Below, piece after piece: positions 12,380-24,862 of a stretch of 64,000 nucleotides of DNA (positions within the stretch are counted from its first letter, which is position 1; each line of letters opens with the position of its first letter). The notes below the pieces were generated by a model. It saw nothing but the letters and a program-made list of their open reading frames with translations, searched no databases and was not told the DNA's origin. The translations under genes were made by a program, and so were the position numbers. This stretch comes from Pristiophorus japonicus (taxonomy: Eukaryota), in contig NC_091989.1 in assembly GCF_044704955.1 (NCBI RefSeq), positions 8,990,001-9,054,000 of the forward strand, written 5' to 3'.

Positions 12380-13505
12380 AAACATAGAATCATGCAACAC
12401 TTACAGCACAGAAGGAGGCCATTCGGCCCATCATGTCTGTGCCAACCGACCAAGAGCTACCCAGCCTAATCCCACTTTCCAGCTCTGGGTCCGTAGTCCT
12501 GTCGGTTACGGCACTTCAGGTGCTCACCCGAGTACTTTTTAAATGTGGTGAGGGTTTCTGCCTCTACCACCCTTTCAGGCAGTGAGTTCCAGACCCCCAC
12601 CACCCTCTGGGTGAAGACATGTTTCCTCATCTCCCCTCTAATCCTTCTACCAATTACTTTAAATCTATGCCCCCTGGTTATTGACCTCTCTGTTGAAGGA
12701 AATAAGTCCTTCCTGTCCACTCTATCTAGGCCCCTCATACGTTTATACACCTCAATGAGGTCTCCCCTCAGCCTCCTCTGTTTCAAAGAAAACAACCCCA
12801 GCCGATCCAATCTTTCCACATAGCTAAAATTTTCCAATCCTAGCAACATCCTCGTAAATCTCCTCTGTAACCTCTCCAATGCAATCACGTCCTTCCTGTA
12901 ATGCAGTGACCAGACCAGCAGTACTCCAGCTGTGGCCTAACTAGTGTTTTATACTGTTCAAGCATAACCCCCCTGCTCTTGTATGCTATGCCTCGTCTAA
13001 TAAAGGAAAGCATTCCATATCCATATACCTTTTTAACTACCTTATCGAACTGTCCTGCTACCTTTAAGAATCTGTGGACATATACTCCAAGGTTCCTCTG
13101 TTCCTCCCCACCTCTCAGTATCCTCCCATTTAATGTGTATTCCCTTGCCTTGTTGCTCCTCCCCAAATGCATTACCTCACACTTTTCCGGATTGAATTCC
13201 ATTGCCACTTTTCTGCCTAACTGACCAGTTCATCGATACCTTCCTGCAGTTTAGAGCTTTCCTCCTCACTGTCAACCACACGGCCAATTTTTGTATCATC
13301 TGCTAATTTCTTTATCATGCCCCCTACATTTAAGTCTAAATCATTAATATATACTACAAAAAGTAAGGGACCGAGTACTGAGCCCTGTTGAACCCCAGTG
13401 GAAACCGCCTTCCAGTCGCAAAAACTCCCCTCAACTGTTAACCTTTGCTTCCTGCCAATGAGCCAATTTAAGATCCAATTTGCCACTCCCCCTGGGATCC
13501 CATGG
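12380..13505 (-). mobile_element. CR1 LINE, 5'-truncated RT fragment
   Basis: GV(Q)QGSVLGPLLF...YINDL...LADDTK RT motifs (13217-13505), LVRPQLEYC, TRGHRFK; frameshifted. Confidence 0.92.
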
Positions 13506-13644
13506 GTGTTACCATTGTTCAGCAGGTCAGGCAGCTGTGGAGAGAGAAACAGAGTTAATTTGGACCCTTCTTCAGAACTAAAAAATAAAATGTGGAAAGG
13601 CGTATTAATAAAATCAGCAAGAGGGTAAGGAGGAAATCTATACA

Positions 13645-14296
13645 TAAACAGAGCTGTAGTGATACCCGTCCTCCTGTATGGCTCAGAGATGTGGATCACA
13701 TACAGTAGACACCTCAGATCGCTGGAGAAATACCACCAACGATGTCTCCGCAAGATCCTACAAATCCCCTGGGAGGACAGACGCACCAACATTAGTGTCC
13801 TCGACCAGGCCAACATCCCCAGCATTGAAGCACTGACCACACTCGACCAGCTCCGCTGGGCAGGCCACATAGTCCGCATGCCAGACACGAGACTCCCAAA
13901 GCAAGCGCTCTACTCGGAACTCCTATATGGCAAGCGAACCCATGGTGGGCAGAGGAAATGTTTCAAGGACACCCTCAAAGCCTCCCTGATAATGTGCAAC
14001 ATCCCCACTGACACCTGGGAGTCCCTGGCCAAAGACCGGCCTAAGTGGAGGAAGTGCATCCGGGAGGGCGCTGAGCACCTCGAGTCTCGTCGCCGAGAGC
14101 ATGCAGAAACCAAGTGCAGGCAGCGGAAGGAGCGTGCGGCAAACCAGTCCCACCCACCCTTTCCCTCAACCACTGTCTGTCCCACCTGTGACAGAGACTG
14201 TAATTCCCGTATTGGACTGTTCAGTCACCTGAGAACTCACTTTTAGAGTGGAAGCAAGTCTTCCTCGATTTCGAGGGAGTGCCTATGATGATGATA
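13645..14296 (+). mobile_element. RTE-clade LINE 3' fragment
   Basis: ORF 13659-14246: LLYGSE.W, QLRWAGHIVRMPDTRLPKQALYSEL, C2H2 finger CPTC...HLRTH; tail GTGGAAGCAAGTC...(ATG)n. Confidence 0.93.
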
Positions 14297-15059
14297 CATA
14301 AACAGACAAACACAGAGAGGAGCGGAATGGTGCAACAGCTCATCTCCTTCAAGCAATGGGCGGAAGCATTTAGACCGTCAACAAATGGTGTGTGAGCAGC
14401 TAAGGAAGTGGGAGGCCTGGATAAACGGGAGAAAATGGGATAGATGGAAAGCATGGAAAACGTGGGAGCAGGTCGGAAATCAAAGCGGTTCATCATTGAG
14501 CATCGAGCTAAAACCTGAAGTTACTTTCAGACTGAAGGTTACCTCAACAACAACAACTTGTATTTATGTAGCATCTTTAATGTCGCTAAACATCCCATGG
14601 CGCTTCCCAGGTGCGTTATCAAATGCTCATAAGGAGATATTAGAACCTAAGAAACATAAGAAAAGAGAAGCAGGAGTGGCCCCTCGAGCCATTCAATAAG
14701 ATCATGGCTGATCCGATCATGGGCTCAGCTCCACTTCCCCGCCCGCTCATATTAGAACAGGTGACCATCAGCTTGGTCAAAGTGGTAGGTTTTAAGAAAG
14801 AAGAAAGACTTGCATTTGTATAACCCTTTCACGACCACCAAACGGCCCAAATCACTTAATAGCCAACAAAGTACTTTTTGGAGTGTCACTGTTGTAATGC
14901 AGGAATAGCAGCAGCCAGTTTGCGCACAGCAAGCTCCCACAAACAGCAAGATGATAATGACCAGATAATCTGTTTATAAGGAGCAGTAATAGATCGAGAG
15001 GTGAACCGCGAAGGAGGGAACTCCAGAGCTTGGGTGCAGCAACTGAAATCAGGAATGCA

Positions 15060-15940
15060 CGAGGGCGGGTTGACCAGAGAAAAGGGGAAGCAAAGGAAAA
15101 TGAGGACATCGCTATAGGAGTTCCTCCGGGCAGTGTCCTCGGCCCAACCAACTTCAGCTGCTTCATCAATGAATACCTGGACAACATTCAGGCTTGGGCT
15201 AAGTGGCAAGTAACATTCATGCCACACAAGTGCCAGGCATTGACTATCTCCAACAAGCGAGAGTCTAACCACCTCCCCATGAATTTCAACGGCATTACCT
15301 TTGCCGAATCCCCCACCACCAAGATCCTGGGGGGGGGTCACCATTGACCAGAAATTTAACTGGACTAACCACATAAATACTGTGGCTACAAGAGCAGGTC
15401 AGAGGCTGGGTATTCTGTGACGAGTGTCTCACCTTCTGACTCCCCAAAGCCTTTCCACCATCTACAAGGCACAAGTCAGGAGTGTGATGGAATACTCTCC
15501 ACTTGCCTGGGTGAGTGCAGCTCCAACAACACTCAAGAAGCTCGACACCATCCCGGACAAAGCAGCCCGTTTGATTGGCCCCCCATCCACCACCTTCAAC
15601 AGTCACTCCCTCCACCACCGGCGCACCGTGGCTGCAGTGTGCACCATCTACAAGATGCACTGCAGCAACTCGCCAAGGCTTCTTCGGCAGCACCTCCCAA
15701 GCCCACGACCTCTACCACCTGGAAGGACAAGGGCAGCAGGCGCATGGGAACACCACCACCTCCACGTTCCCCTCCAAGTTGCACACCATCCTGACTTGGA
15801 AATATATCGGCCGTTCCTTCATCATCGCTGGGTCAAAATCTTGGAACTCCCTCCTTAAAAGCACCATGGGAGTACCTTCACCACACGGACTGCAGCGGTT
15901 CAAGAAGGTGACTCACTACCACCTTCTCAAGGGCAATTAT
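15060..15940 (+). mobile_element. CR1/L2-group LINE RT fragment (family with SVMEYSPLAW motif)
   Basis: GVPPGSVLGP RT motif; ORF 15424-15858 YKAQVRSVMEYSPLAW...HRRTVAAVCTIYKMHC; same family at 35450-35780 and 60955-61320. Confidence 0.85.
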
Positions 15941-16064
15941 CAATGATCAATACATTTTTAAAAATTACAGAAAATCTGATTTGGAAGGTAGAGTCATCAG
16001 AGCAGATTTGACGAAGATTGTATTCATGTGTCTGTCTTCCTCTTATTATTCAGTTCTGAAGAAT

Positions 16065-16570
16065 CTTAGAATCATAGAATGAAATAAATTTACAGCACAG
16101 AAGGAGGCCATTTCGGCCCATCGTGTCCGTGCCGGCCGACCAAGAGCTACCCAGCCTAATCCCACTTTCCAGCTCTCGGTCCGTAGCCCTGTAGGTTACG
16201 GCACTTCAAGTGCATATCCAAGCACTTTTTAAATGTGGTGAGGGTTTCTGCCTCTACCACCCTTTCAGGCCGTGAGTTCCAGACCCCCACCACCCTCTGG
16301 GTGAAAACATTTCCCCTCATATCTCCTCTAAACCTCCTACCAATTACTTTAAATCTATGCCCCCTGGTTGTTGACCCCTCTGCCAAGGGAAACAGATCCT
16401 CCCTATCCACTCAATCCAGGCCCCTCATAATTTTATACACCTCAATCAGGTCTCCCCTCAGCCTCCTCTGTTCCAAAGAAAACAGACCCAGCATCTCCAA
16501 TCTTTCCTCATAGCCAAAATTCTCCAGTCCAGGCAACATCCTTGTAACTCTCCTCTTCACCCTTTCCAGT
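16065..16570 (-). mobile_element. CR1 LINE 3' end
   Basis: ORF 16156-16410 TRGHRFK...FTQRVVGVWNS; same subfamily as 12380-13505. Confidence 0.9.
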
Positions 16571-16905
16571 AATGTGAAGAAGACTGCTCACTGGAAATGT
16601 TTGTTTAAGTTAAATGTTAACTTAGAAACGTTCTACATTTTTGTCCAATTTGAACATGTTCATGTTCAAATAATTAGCTGTGCAAATACCAGAAGTGAAA
16701 ATGTCGTGCAGTGACGCAGTCCACCATTTTGCTTCTCTCACTATAATCCCTCCTGTCCTAATCTCCAGCAATGAGTAAGAAGCAAAGGTAGGTTTAAAAA
16801 CTATTTTAACGGAGTGAATATCGACGCATTCAAGATTTCAAGGTTCTGAATTCAGATGGGTTTTTAACGACAATCCGGTATTTTCGTGGTTAGTAATGGT
16901 GACCG

Positions 16906-17546
16906 AGGGCTAGACGTTCCCGAAAGCCCCTCACCGCCCGATTGCTGCCCAGAAACACTGCTAAGATTCTGCAAATAACACCGGTGAAAATTTCCATAAA
17001 AAAGGTAAAAAATACCGCCCGGCAAGAGAATGGATCTTGCACCAAGATTCTCGGCGATCATTGGCGAAACTTGGCAAAATGGGCGGGTTCTTACCGGAAT
17101 GGACGGTAAGTACTCAAAATTTAGTCCAAGGCTGCGGTTGGGCCTCGGGAGGGAGGAAAATTCAAAAAATATTTTTCCATTTAAACAAAAAAAAGTTATA
17201 AAACATTCTCAAGACAATTTCTTAGCATAATGGCCGTTTAAAAATAATAATTAAAAACCTCTAACTTACCTTTCTTTACAGAGTACTCACCTGCCGCCCC
17301 GTTTCTGGTAGCTCTTCGTGGGTGGTTTCCTCGGCGGTCTGTATGGGTCCCCGTTGGGGCAAAACTTGGATCCTGCCGGTTTTCTCGGCAATGCTCGTCG
17401 GCGGTTTGCTCCCCGGCGGCCTTTTCAAAATGTCGGCGGAACTCTTTAAAAAATAAAGAGGACACTTTCGCCGGGCGGTTTCTCACCAAAAAAAACAGCT
17501 GTACCGCCGAGAAAACCACCGATAATGAAGGTGAAAGTCTAGCCCC
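16906..17546. mobile_element. MITE (Harbinger-like TIRs)
   Basis: GGGCTAGACGTT ... AAGTCTAGCCC terminal inverted repeats; inserted into a SINE; related ends near 28012 and 53286-53512. Confidence 0.7.
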
Positions 17547-17668
17547 ATGAAACTACCGGATTGTTGTAAAACCCCATCTGGTTCACTAACGTCCTTTAGT
17601 GAAGGAAATCTGCCGTCCTTACCCGGTCTGGCCTATATGTGACTCCAGACCCACAGTAATGTGGTTGA

Positions 17669-17942
17669 TGTAATGTGTGCACCTGGGAGTATGCTCACAG
17701 GTGTGTAGAGCTGTTGAGTTGTGAGTGGCTTAGCCAGTTACGTGATGTTCACAAGACTCAATAAAACCCCGGCCAGTTGGGTTCGGGGGATCCACGATGG
17801 GGCAGGTGGTTGTGAGCCCGGTGGATGAACTGGTAATGTGTAGTGTGATTGTTAAACCTTTGTTAATAAACCAACTAGTTCTTAATTGCAATGTGATGCT
17901 TTGAATTCCTAAGCGAAGAACCCATGAAGCAAATACATTACA
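17669..17942 (+). mobile_element. Solo LTR (Gypsy-type), 274 bp
   Basis: TGTAATGT...ACATTACA termini, AATAAA signals, 5-bp TSD GTTGA/GTTAA inside the SINE sequence GTGGTTGACTCTT. Confidence 0.9.
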
Positions 17943-19004
17943 GTTAACTCTTAACTGCCCTCTAAAATGGCCTCGCAAGCCATTCAGTTGTAGAAGGTGC
18001 CCCACTACCACCTTCTCAAGAGCAATTAGGGATGGGCAATAAATACCGGCCTTGCCAGCGACGCCCACATCCCCCGAATGAATCAATAATTTTGTTTTAA
18101 ATTCAGTTAATTTAGAAAGCTAAAGAACTTTCTGTTACTGCTTTTCCGATTATAGTTCCATAGATAGGATGGACTTTTTGCCAGAGTTCTCTGTGTTTCT
18201 CGCTAGCCTACAGCACAGAGCCCACATCTCCTTCTCACAAAGACTACCGTGGTCACGAGCCTGCGTTGTCAGGCGATTAGAAACCGGTCACTAGACAGCT
18301 AATATCCAGACTTTCATTTTACTTTCAATTATGGTCGCGTTTCCGACATTACAACAGTGACTACACTTCAAAGGTACGTCACTGGCTGTAAAGCGCTTTG
18401 GGACGTCCGGTGGGCGTGAAAGGCGCTATAGAAATGCAAGTCTTTCTTTCATTTAGTGACACCACCCGATATAAATAACAAGATATGTGGTCGCCCCGCC
18501 AGGGAGTGGGATGGGAAATAATCACCCAAGCATGCCAATAATGTGCTCAGTCCAAGTACTAATGTTGTGCTGTGTTTTATTTAATGTATTCATTCATGAG
18601 ATGGCAAGGGCAACATATATTACCCCTTGAAAAGGTGATGGTGAGCCACCTTCCTGAATCACTACAGTCCGTGTTGTGAAAGTGTTCCCACAGTGCTGAC
18701 TTTGTCATAGTGGTTTGGTACTGAGTGTCTTGCTAGGCCATTTCAGAGGGCAGTTAAGAGTCAACCGCATTCTTGTGGGTCTGGAGTCACATATAAGCCA
18801 GAGCAGGTAAGGGCAGCAGATTTCCTTCTCTGAAGGACCCGATGGGTTTTTACAACAATCCAGTAGTTTCATGGTCACCATTATTGACACTAGCTTTATA
18901 ATTCTAGATTAAATCCCTCAGCTGCATGTGGTGGGGTTTGAACCCATGCCTCTGGATTGTTAGCCCAATGACATAACCACTATGCTGCCACCCCTCAGTA
19001 TTGA

Positions 19005-19393
19005 TAGAAACATAGAAACAGGCCCTTTGAGCCTGCACCACCATTCAATAAGATCATGGCTGATCATTCATCTCAGTACCCCTTTCCTGCTTTCTCTCCA
19101 TACCCCTTGATCCCTTTAGCCGTAAGGGCCATATCTAACTCCCTCTTGAATATATCCAATGAACTGGCATCAACAACTCTCTGCAGTAGAGAATTCCACA
19201 GGTTAACAACTCCCTGAGTGAAGAAGTTTCTCCTCATCTCAGTCCTAAATGGCTTACCCCTTATCCTTAGACTGTGTCCCCTGGTTCTAGACTTCCCCAA
19301 CATTGGGAACATTCTTCCTGCATCTAACCTGTCCAGTCCCGTCAGAATTTTATATGTTTCTATGAGATCCCCTCTCATCCTTCTAAACTCCAG
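19005..19393 (-). mobile_element. CR1 LINE 3' end ((CATAGAAA)n-tail subfamily)
   Basis: ORF 19073-19453 RGDLIETYKIL...SRTRGHSLRIRG. Confidence 0.9.
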
Positions 19394-19764
19394 TGCTATG
19401 CATTGAGGAGCTCTGTACTTAGCCATGTACAGAACTTTGGTCGTGAACTTCAATGCAATACTGTCAGTCTACGGCTCCACTGTATCAAATTACACTTCCT
19501 CATGAATTATTCTCACTCTGCACACAGAGAATTTCCCACCATCTCTCCAGGGGCGCTGGTAGGAGCCGGGATTGCGGTTAACATCCAGCAGAATGGTAAT
19601 GGAAGAGTCCCAGATTCGGGCCCCTTCATGCTGTCGCACTTGGCTGTGTTGACCACACCAAATTACGCATTCCAGGCAAGGTGTTGGGTGATGGTAGTCT
19701 TGGTGAGAAGTAGTTTATAGAGAGGCAGACTCTGTGGTGTAGACTAGGGCAAAACACAGATGAA

Positions 19765-20225
19765 AAAAGGAATACTTGTATTTCTATAGCACCTTTCACA
19801 ACCACCGGATGTCTCAAAGTGCTTTACAGTGAATGAAGTACTTTTGAAGTGTAGTCACTGTTGTATTGTAGGAAACACGGCAGCCAATTTTCGCACAACA
19901 AGCTCCCACAAACATCAATGTGATAATGACCAGATAATCTGTTTTTGTTATGTTGGTTGAGGGATAAATATTGACACCAGGGATAACTCCACTGCTCTTT
20001 CTCAAAATAGCACATAGGATCTTTTAAACCCACCCAAGAGAACAGACGGGGCATCAGTTTAACTTCTCATCCAAAAGACAGCACCTCTGACAGTGCAGCA
20101 CTCCCTCAGCACTCCACTGGGAATGTCAGCCTAGATTTTTGTGCTCAAGTCCCTGGAATGGGACTTGACCCCACAACCTTCTGACTCAGAGGCATGTGTA
20201 TTACCCACTGAGCCACGGCTGACAC
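19765..20225 (-). mobile_element. SacSINE1-like SINE, full length
   Basis: Homologous to 2588-3060. Confidence 0.85.
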
Positions 20226-20565
20226 TACTTGCCCCAGATTGGCCAAAAGTCAGTCCTACCTATGAAAGTATAATCCAAAGAGTAGCAACATCAATTTCAG
20301 CTTTCAAAACTATCTGAATTCAGAACCTTGAAATCTTGAATGTTGGCATGAACTAAATTTTCAATATTATCGTGCTTTGTAATTATATAAAGGGACAGCT
20401 ATTGCTCGGGCTAGACACAGGGAGCCAAATCAAAGTACAATGTCTTTGTGAGTGAAGTACAGAATGTTCTCAGTATAATCATACAACAAAAACACAAGCC
20501 CATCAAGCAAGTGAACAAAAAAAACGCTGTTAAAGCTCCCATCGTATTAAACTGCTCCTGAGGGA

Positions 20566-20578
20566 TGACCTTTGACCC
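20566..20578 (-). promoter_or_regulatory. Candidate nuclear-receptor DR1 element
   Basis: TGACCT-T-TGACCC (GGGTCA-A-AGGTCA) in repeat-free sequence; motif match only. Confidence 0.3.
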
Positions 20579-21185
20579 TACATACACCGCATAATCAATC
20601 TTTTTAGATTTGTTAAAAATGCCTATTTATGGGTTATTTTGTATCTGTCGAGTATACTAAAAAAAATAAACTTTTGATTCACATAGACAGCAGCTCCAAG
20701 TTTGTGACTTCAAGCATATCTGTGCGACTAGTGTTAAACATTTACTTTATTTAATAAATTAAACGCTCTGAACATTGTTGAAAGGGCGTACTATATTCAA
20801 GCACAGTGTTTAAGGGTTTTTGGTGAGGGAAGTCTTTGTTGAAATACAAATTACCAGTAGAGTTCGCTCTGATAACGGAAGGACATTTGGAGAGAGGCAA
20901 TTACACAGGCTCACCACTGTCACAACACACAGTACCATACTCACAGCTTTGTCATTGCGTTTGTTCGATAGGTAGTGCGGAAAATATTTCCTAATCAGCA
21001 CCAAACTCCTACGGTAACTTCTCCATATGCACAGAACAACTTTAACACAAAGTCAAAGGCTAGATTTGCAAGGTTACCACATACCTCTATTTCAGAGAAG
21101 AACAGGGAGAGTTCTCCCGCGATCGGTGTCCTGGCCAATATTTATTCCTGTGCAATTCTGGTCGCCATATTATAATAAGGATATT

Positions 21186-22020
21186 GGGCTCAATTTTCCC
21201 CAGTATTTGTGCTTTTTTTTTTGGAGCAGGCTGCTTTATCTGGCCCAGATTAAAAATCCCCAGTTTCCTCAATCAATTTACACCAGCGTAACTCATTTAG
21301 TTACTTTTTTATAGATAAGTTTTTTTTTTCTTCAAAAGGGGGCGTTACCAGCCACCTACGCCAATTCTGGCCATTTAGGCAACTTTGGCCAGCCAATAGT
21401 TACTCCATTTCTACTTAGGCCAGCGTATGTGGCCTCTCGAGAAATCCCTCGCGGAAAGTTAAAGAAACCAGTGCAGGTACGTACATCGGAGGGTATTCGG
21501 CCTGGGCTAGGGGAAGGAAGCGGAACGGACCTGGACCAGCGCTCACTCGGAACCGGAGAAGCTCAGCGGGGGAGGGAGCGCACTGACCGCCACTCACTCG
21601 TGGGTCACTGCGGACCAGGAAGGTACTCACCACAGCGGATCAGGAAGGTACTCACCACAGCGGATCAGGAAGACACCTCACTCGGGGACCAGAGAGGGTC
21701 GCAGACAGCCGATCTGAAGGCTTGGTGCCCGGGGAGGGGCGGGGGGGAGGGAGGAGGGAGAGAGAGGTCACTACTGCGCATGCGCGGCCATTTCAGCGAC
21801 GCCCAGAACATCAGGTTTTTTTTCCCTGCGCATGCGCAGAAGGCCCGGCTCCTTTTTCTCGCGCAGACCGCAGGCTCCACCCCCCGAGGCGACTGGCTCC
21901 AGATTACAGCGCAAATATCGGGGAAACCTCGGACAAGTTTTTCTAGCGCATTTCTTGATCTGAATAAGCGGAGCAGCTCTGGCAATACGCCAGAAAACGG
22001 GCTTGGGAAAAATTGAGCCC
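21186..22020. mobile_element. Harbinger-family MITE, 835 bp
   Basis: TIRs GGGCTCAATTTTCCCCA ... TGGGAAAAATTGAGCCC; right subterminal region homologous to the end of the Myb/SANT-coding element (57150-57442); internal 25-bp tandem repeat at ~21613-21672. Confidence 0.85.
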
Positions 22021-22172
22021 ATAGAGAAGGTGCAGAGAAGTTTTACAACGATGACACCAGAAATGCGAGAGTACACCTATCAGGAAAGGATGAACAGACT
22101 GGGTCTCTTTTCTGTTGAAAAGAGAAGGCTGTGGGGTGACCTAATAGAGGTCTTTAAAATTAAGAAAAGTTT

Positions 22173-22906
22173 TAGAAACATAGAAAATAGGTGCAGGCCA
22201 TTCGGCCCTTCGAGCCTGCACCACCATTCAATAAGATCATGGCTGATCACTCCCTCAGTACCCCTTTCCTGCTTTCTCTCCATACCCCTTGATCTCTTTA
22301 GCCGTAAGGGCCATATCTAACTCCCTCTTGAATATATCCAATGAACTGGCATCAACAACTCTCTGCGGCAGGGAATTTCACAGGTTAACAACTCTCTGAG
22401 TGAAGAAGTTTCTCCTCATCTCAGTCCTAAATGGCCTACCCCTTATCCTAAGACTGTGTCCCCTGGTTCTGGACTTCCCCAACATCGGGAACAATCTACC
22501 CGCATCTAACCTGTCCTGTCCCGTCTGAATCTTGTATGTTTCTATGAGATCCCCTCTCATCCTTCTAAACTCCAGTGTATAAAAGCCCAGTTGATCCAGT
22601 CTCTCCTCATATGTCAGTCCAGCCATCCCGGGAATCAGTCTGGTGAACCTTCGCTGCTCAATAGCAAGAACGTCCTTCCTCAGATTAGGAGACCAAAACT
22701 GAATACAATATTCCAGGTGAGGCCTCACCAAGGCCCTGTACAACTGCAGTAAGACCTCCCTGCTCCTATACTCAAATCCCCTAGCTATGAAGGCCAACAT
22801 ACCATTTGCCTTCTTCACCGCCTGCTGCACCTGTATGCCAACTTTTAATGACTGTTGAACTATGACACCCAGGTCTCGTTGCACCTCCCCTTTTCCTAAT
22901 CTGCCA
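22173..22906 (-). mobile_element. CR1 LINE 3' fragment nested in older CR1
   Basis: ORF 22378-22962 RDLGV...LYRALVRPHLEYCIQFWSP. Confidence 0.92.
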
Positions 22907-23807
22907 ATTTGACAGAGGGGATACAGGGAGAATGTTTCAACTTGTGGGGAAGAGGTCATCAATACAAGAAATCCATCAGGGAAATCAGAAGAAACTTCTT
23001 GACCCAGAGAGTGTTGAGAATGTGGAACTCGTTACCACAGGGAACGGTTGAAATGAATAGTATGGAGGCATTTAAAGGGAGGCTAGACTAGCATATGAGG
23101 GAGAAGGGAATAGAGAGTTATGCTGATAGATTTAGATGAGGAAAGACGGGAGGAGGCTCGAGTGGAGCATAAACACCGGCATGGACTGGTTGGGCCGAAC
23201 GGCCTGTTTCTGTGCCGTATATCTGATGTAATCCTATATAGATAGGGATTGCAGCCAAACCTCTCATTATATCAGTCGTCCATCTGTACAACATGTCATA
23301 TCAATCATTCCATGGCTGCTCTGCTATGTGATTGCTTGTATTAATACTGTATTTAAGGTTTCAGGTCCTGTGAAATCTCCACAGTGCTACAATGCTACAA
23401 GTAAAACACGTTTTATAACTTCAGTGCAGAGAAAACTTTGATGTTTGTTTTCACGCTTAAATGTGATAACGTGTTCATAATATACAGAAGGCAGTGTATT
23501 TCCCAGTATCGAATAATTGCAGTAGCCTGCACACAATGTTTCTGATTAGATTATATGTTCCATTCTATTATGAGCCACTTCCAGCTCAGGTATAGCACAG
23601 CTCAGGTACAAGGTAAAGCAGCTGACCTTAAAATTCACCAATACAATCAGAAAAAGTCATTTAAAAAAAGGACAAACTTGTATTTATACAGCTCCTTGCA
23701 TGATCTCAAGACATCCCAAAGCGCTTTACAGCCAATGAAGTGTGGTCACTGTTATAATGTAGGATAACCCAGCAGCTAATATGTGCACAGCAAACTCCCA
23801 CAAATCC

Positions 23808-24200
23808 CACCATCATAGGCGGCCCCTGGCGGTCCCTCGAAACGAGGATGACTTGCTTCCACGCCAAAAAAAGGATGAGTTCTCAGGTGTTTCGAAAGAA
23901 GAACCCGAACTACATCCTGAAGGGTGGAAGATGCCTGTGCGTGGATGTTTTTAAAGTGGGGTGGCCGTTGCAGACCAGCCACCACATGGGCTTGACAGAG
24001 CGAGGTCTTGGTCCAGTGGCAAGGATTACCCAAGACAACTGGAGACCTGCTCTGCTGCGCGGACCCAGTGCACAGACATATTGCCGTGTGGGCTGGCCCG
24101 TGCTGTCCCTGGGCCCCTGGCCCCGAACTTGCGCCTCCCCTGGGCCCCGATCATATCCCTCCACAGTCTCTCACAGCTCCTTCGCCCTGATCTCGATCGC
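23808..24200 (-). mobile_element. RTE-derived non-autonomous retroposon, inserted in a SINE
   Basis: Reverse-complement homolog of ~36290-36668, including the RTE tail GTGGAAGCAAGTCATCCTCG...(ATG)n. Confidence 0.8.
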
Positions 24201-24299
24201 TCACACACAGAGACCCCCCCACCCACACACACAGGTAATGATTGCACTGAGTGCAATCCCCTTGGATGAGTAAAGGGATGCTATTCTTGAGAATAACAT

Positions 24300-24862
24300 C
24301 CCTTCCCACAAATACCAGTGTGATAATGGCCAGATAATCTGTTTTTAGTGACGTTGCTTGAGGGATAATTATTGACCAGGGGGATAAATCCAAACGTGTC
24401 GTGCCATGGGATCTTTACATCCACCCGAGAGGACAGACCGGGGGCCCTCAGGATGGCCCAAAGCACTTTACAGCCAATGAAGTATAGTCACAGTTGCAAT
24501 GTAGCCAATTTTCACACAGCAAGCTCCCACAAACAGCAATGTTATAATGGCCACATAATCTGTTTTTCTGGTTGATTGATTGAGGGATAAATATTGGCCC
24601 AGGACACCGGGGATATCTCAACTCCCCTGCTCTTCTTTCAAATAGTGCCATGGGATCTTTTACATTCACCTGAGAGAGCAGACGGGACCTCAGTTTAACG
24701 TCTCATCCAAAAGACGGCACCTCCAACAGTGCAGCACTCCCTCAGCACTGCACTGGGAGTGTCAGCCTAGATTTATGTGCTCAAGTCTCTGGAGTGGGAC
24801 TTGAACCCACAACCTTCTGACCCCGAGGCGAGAGTGCTACCCACTGAGCCACAGCTGACACC
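24300..24862 (-). mobile_element. SacSINE1-like SINEs (partial plus near full-length)
   Basis: Homologous to 2588-3060; a further partial copy lies at 25320-25615. Confidence 0.8.

Larger units (their letters stand above)
16891..18085 (+). mobile_element. Second SINE family (tail shared with the SVMEYS-LINE), interrupted by a MITE and a solo LTR
   Basis: GGTGACC|ATGAAACTACCGGATTG...GGGATGGGCAATAAA...GCCCACATCCC tail; homologs at 18590-18990 (-), 44410-44770 and 49432-49800. Confidence 0.75.
21140..23240 (+). mobile_element. Older CR1 LINE 3' fragment hosting two nested insertions
   Basis: VQFWSPYYNKDI | IEKVQRSFT...RRLWGDLIEVFKI | ...RNFLTQRVLRMWNSLP; pieces are collinear across the MITE and a younger CR1; homolog at 52847-53152 (-). 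Confidence 0.8.

Noticed and set aside
13217-13888. 223-aa minus-strand ORF as a single gene
   Set aside because: A chance fusion of antisense RTE, a Penelope remnant and CR1 RT.
21429-22016. 195-aa ORF as a host or transposase gene
   Set aside because: Lies within a GC-rich MITE and has no recognisable domain.
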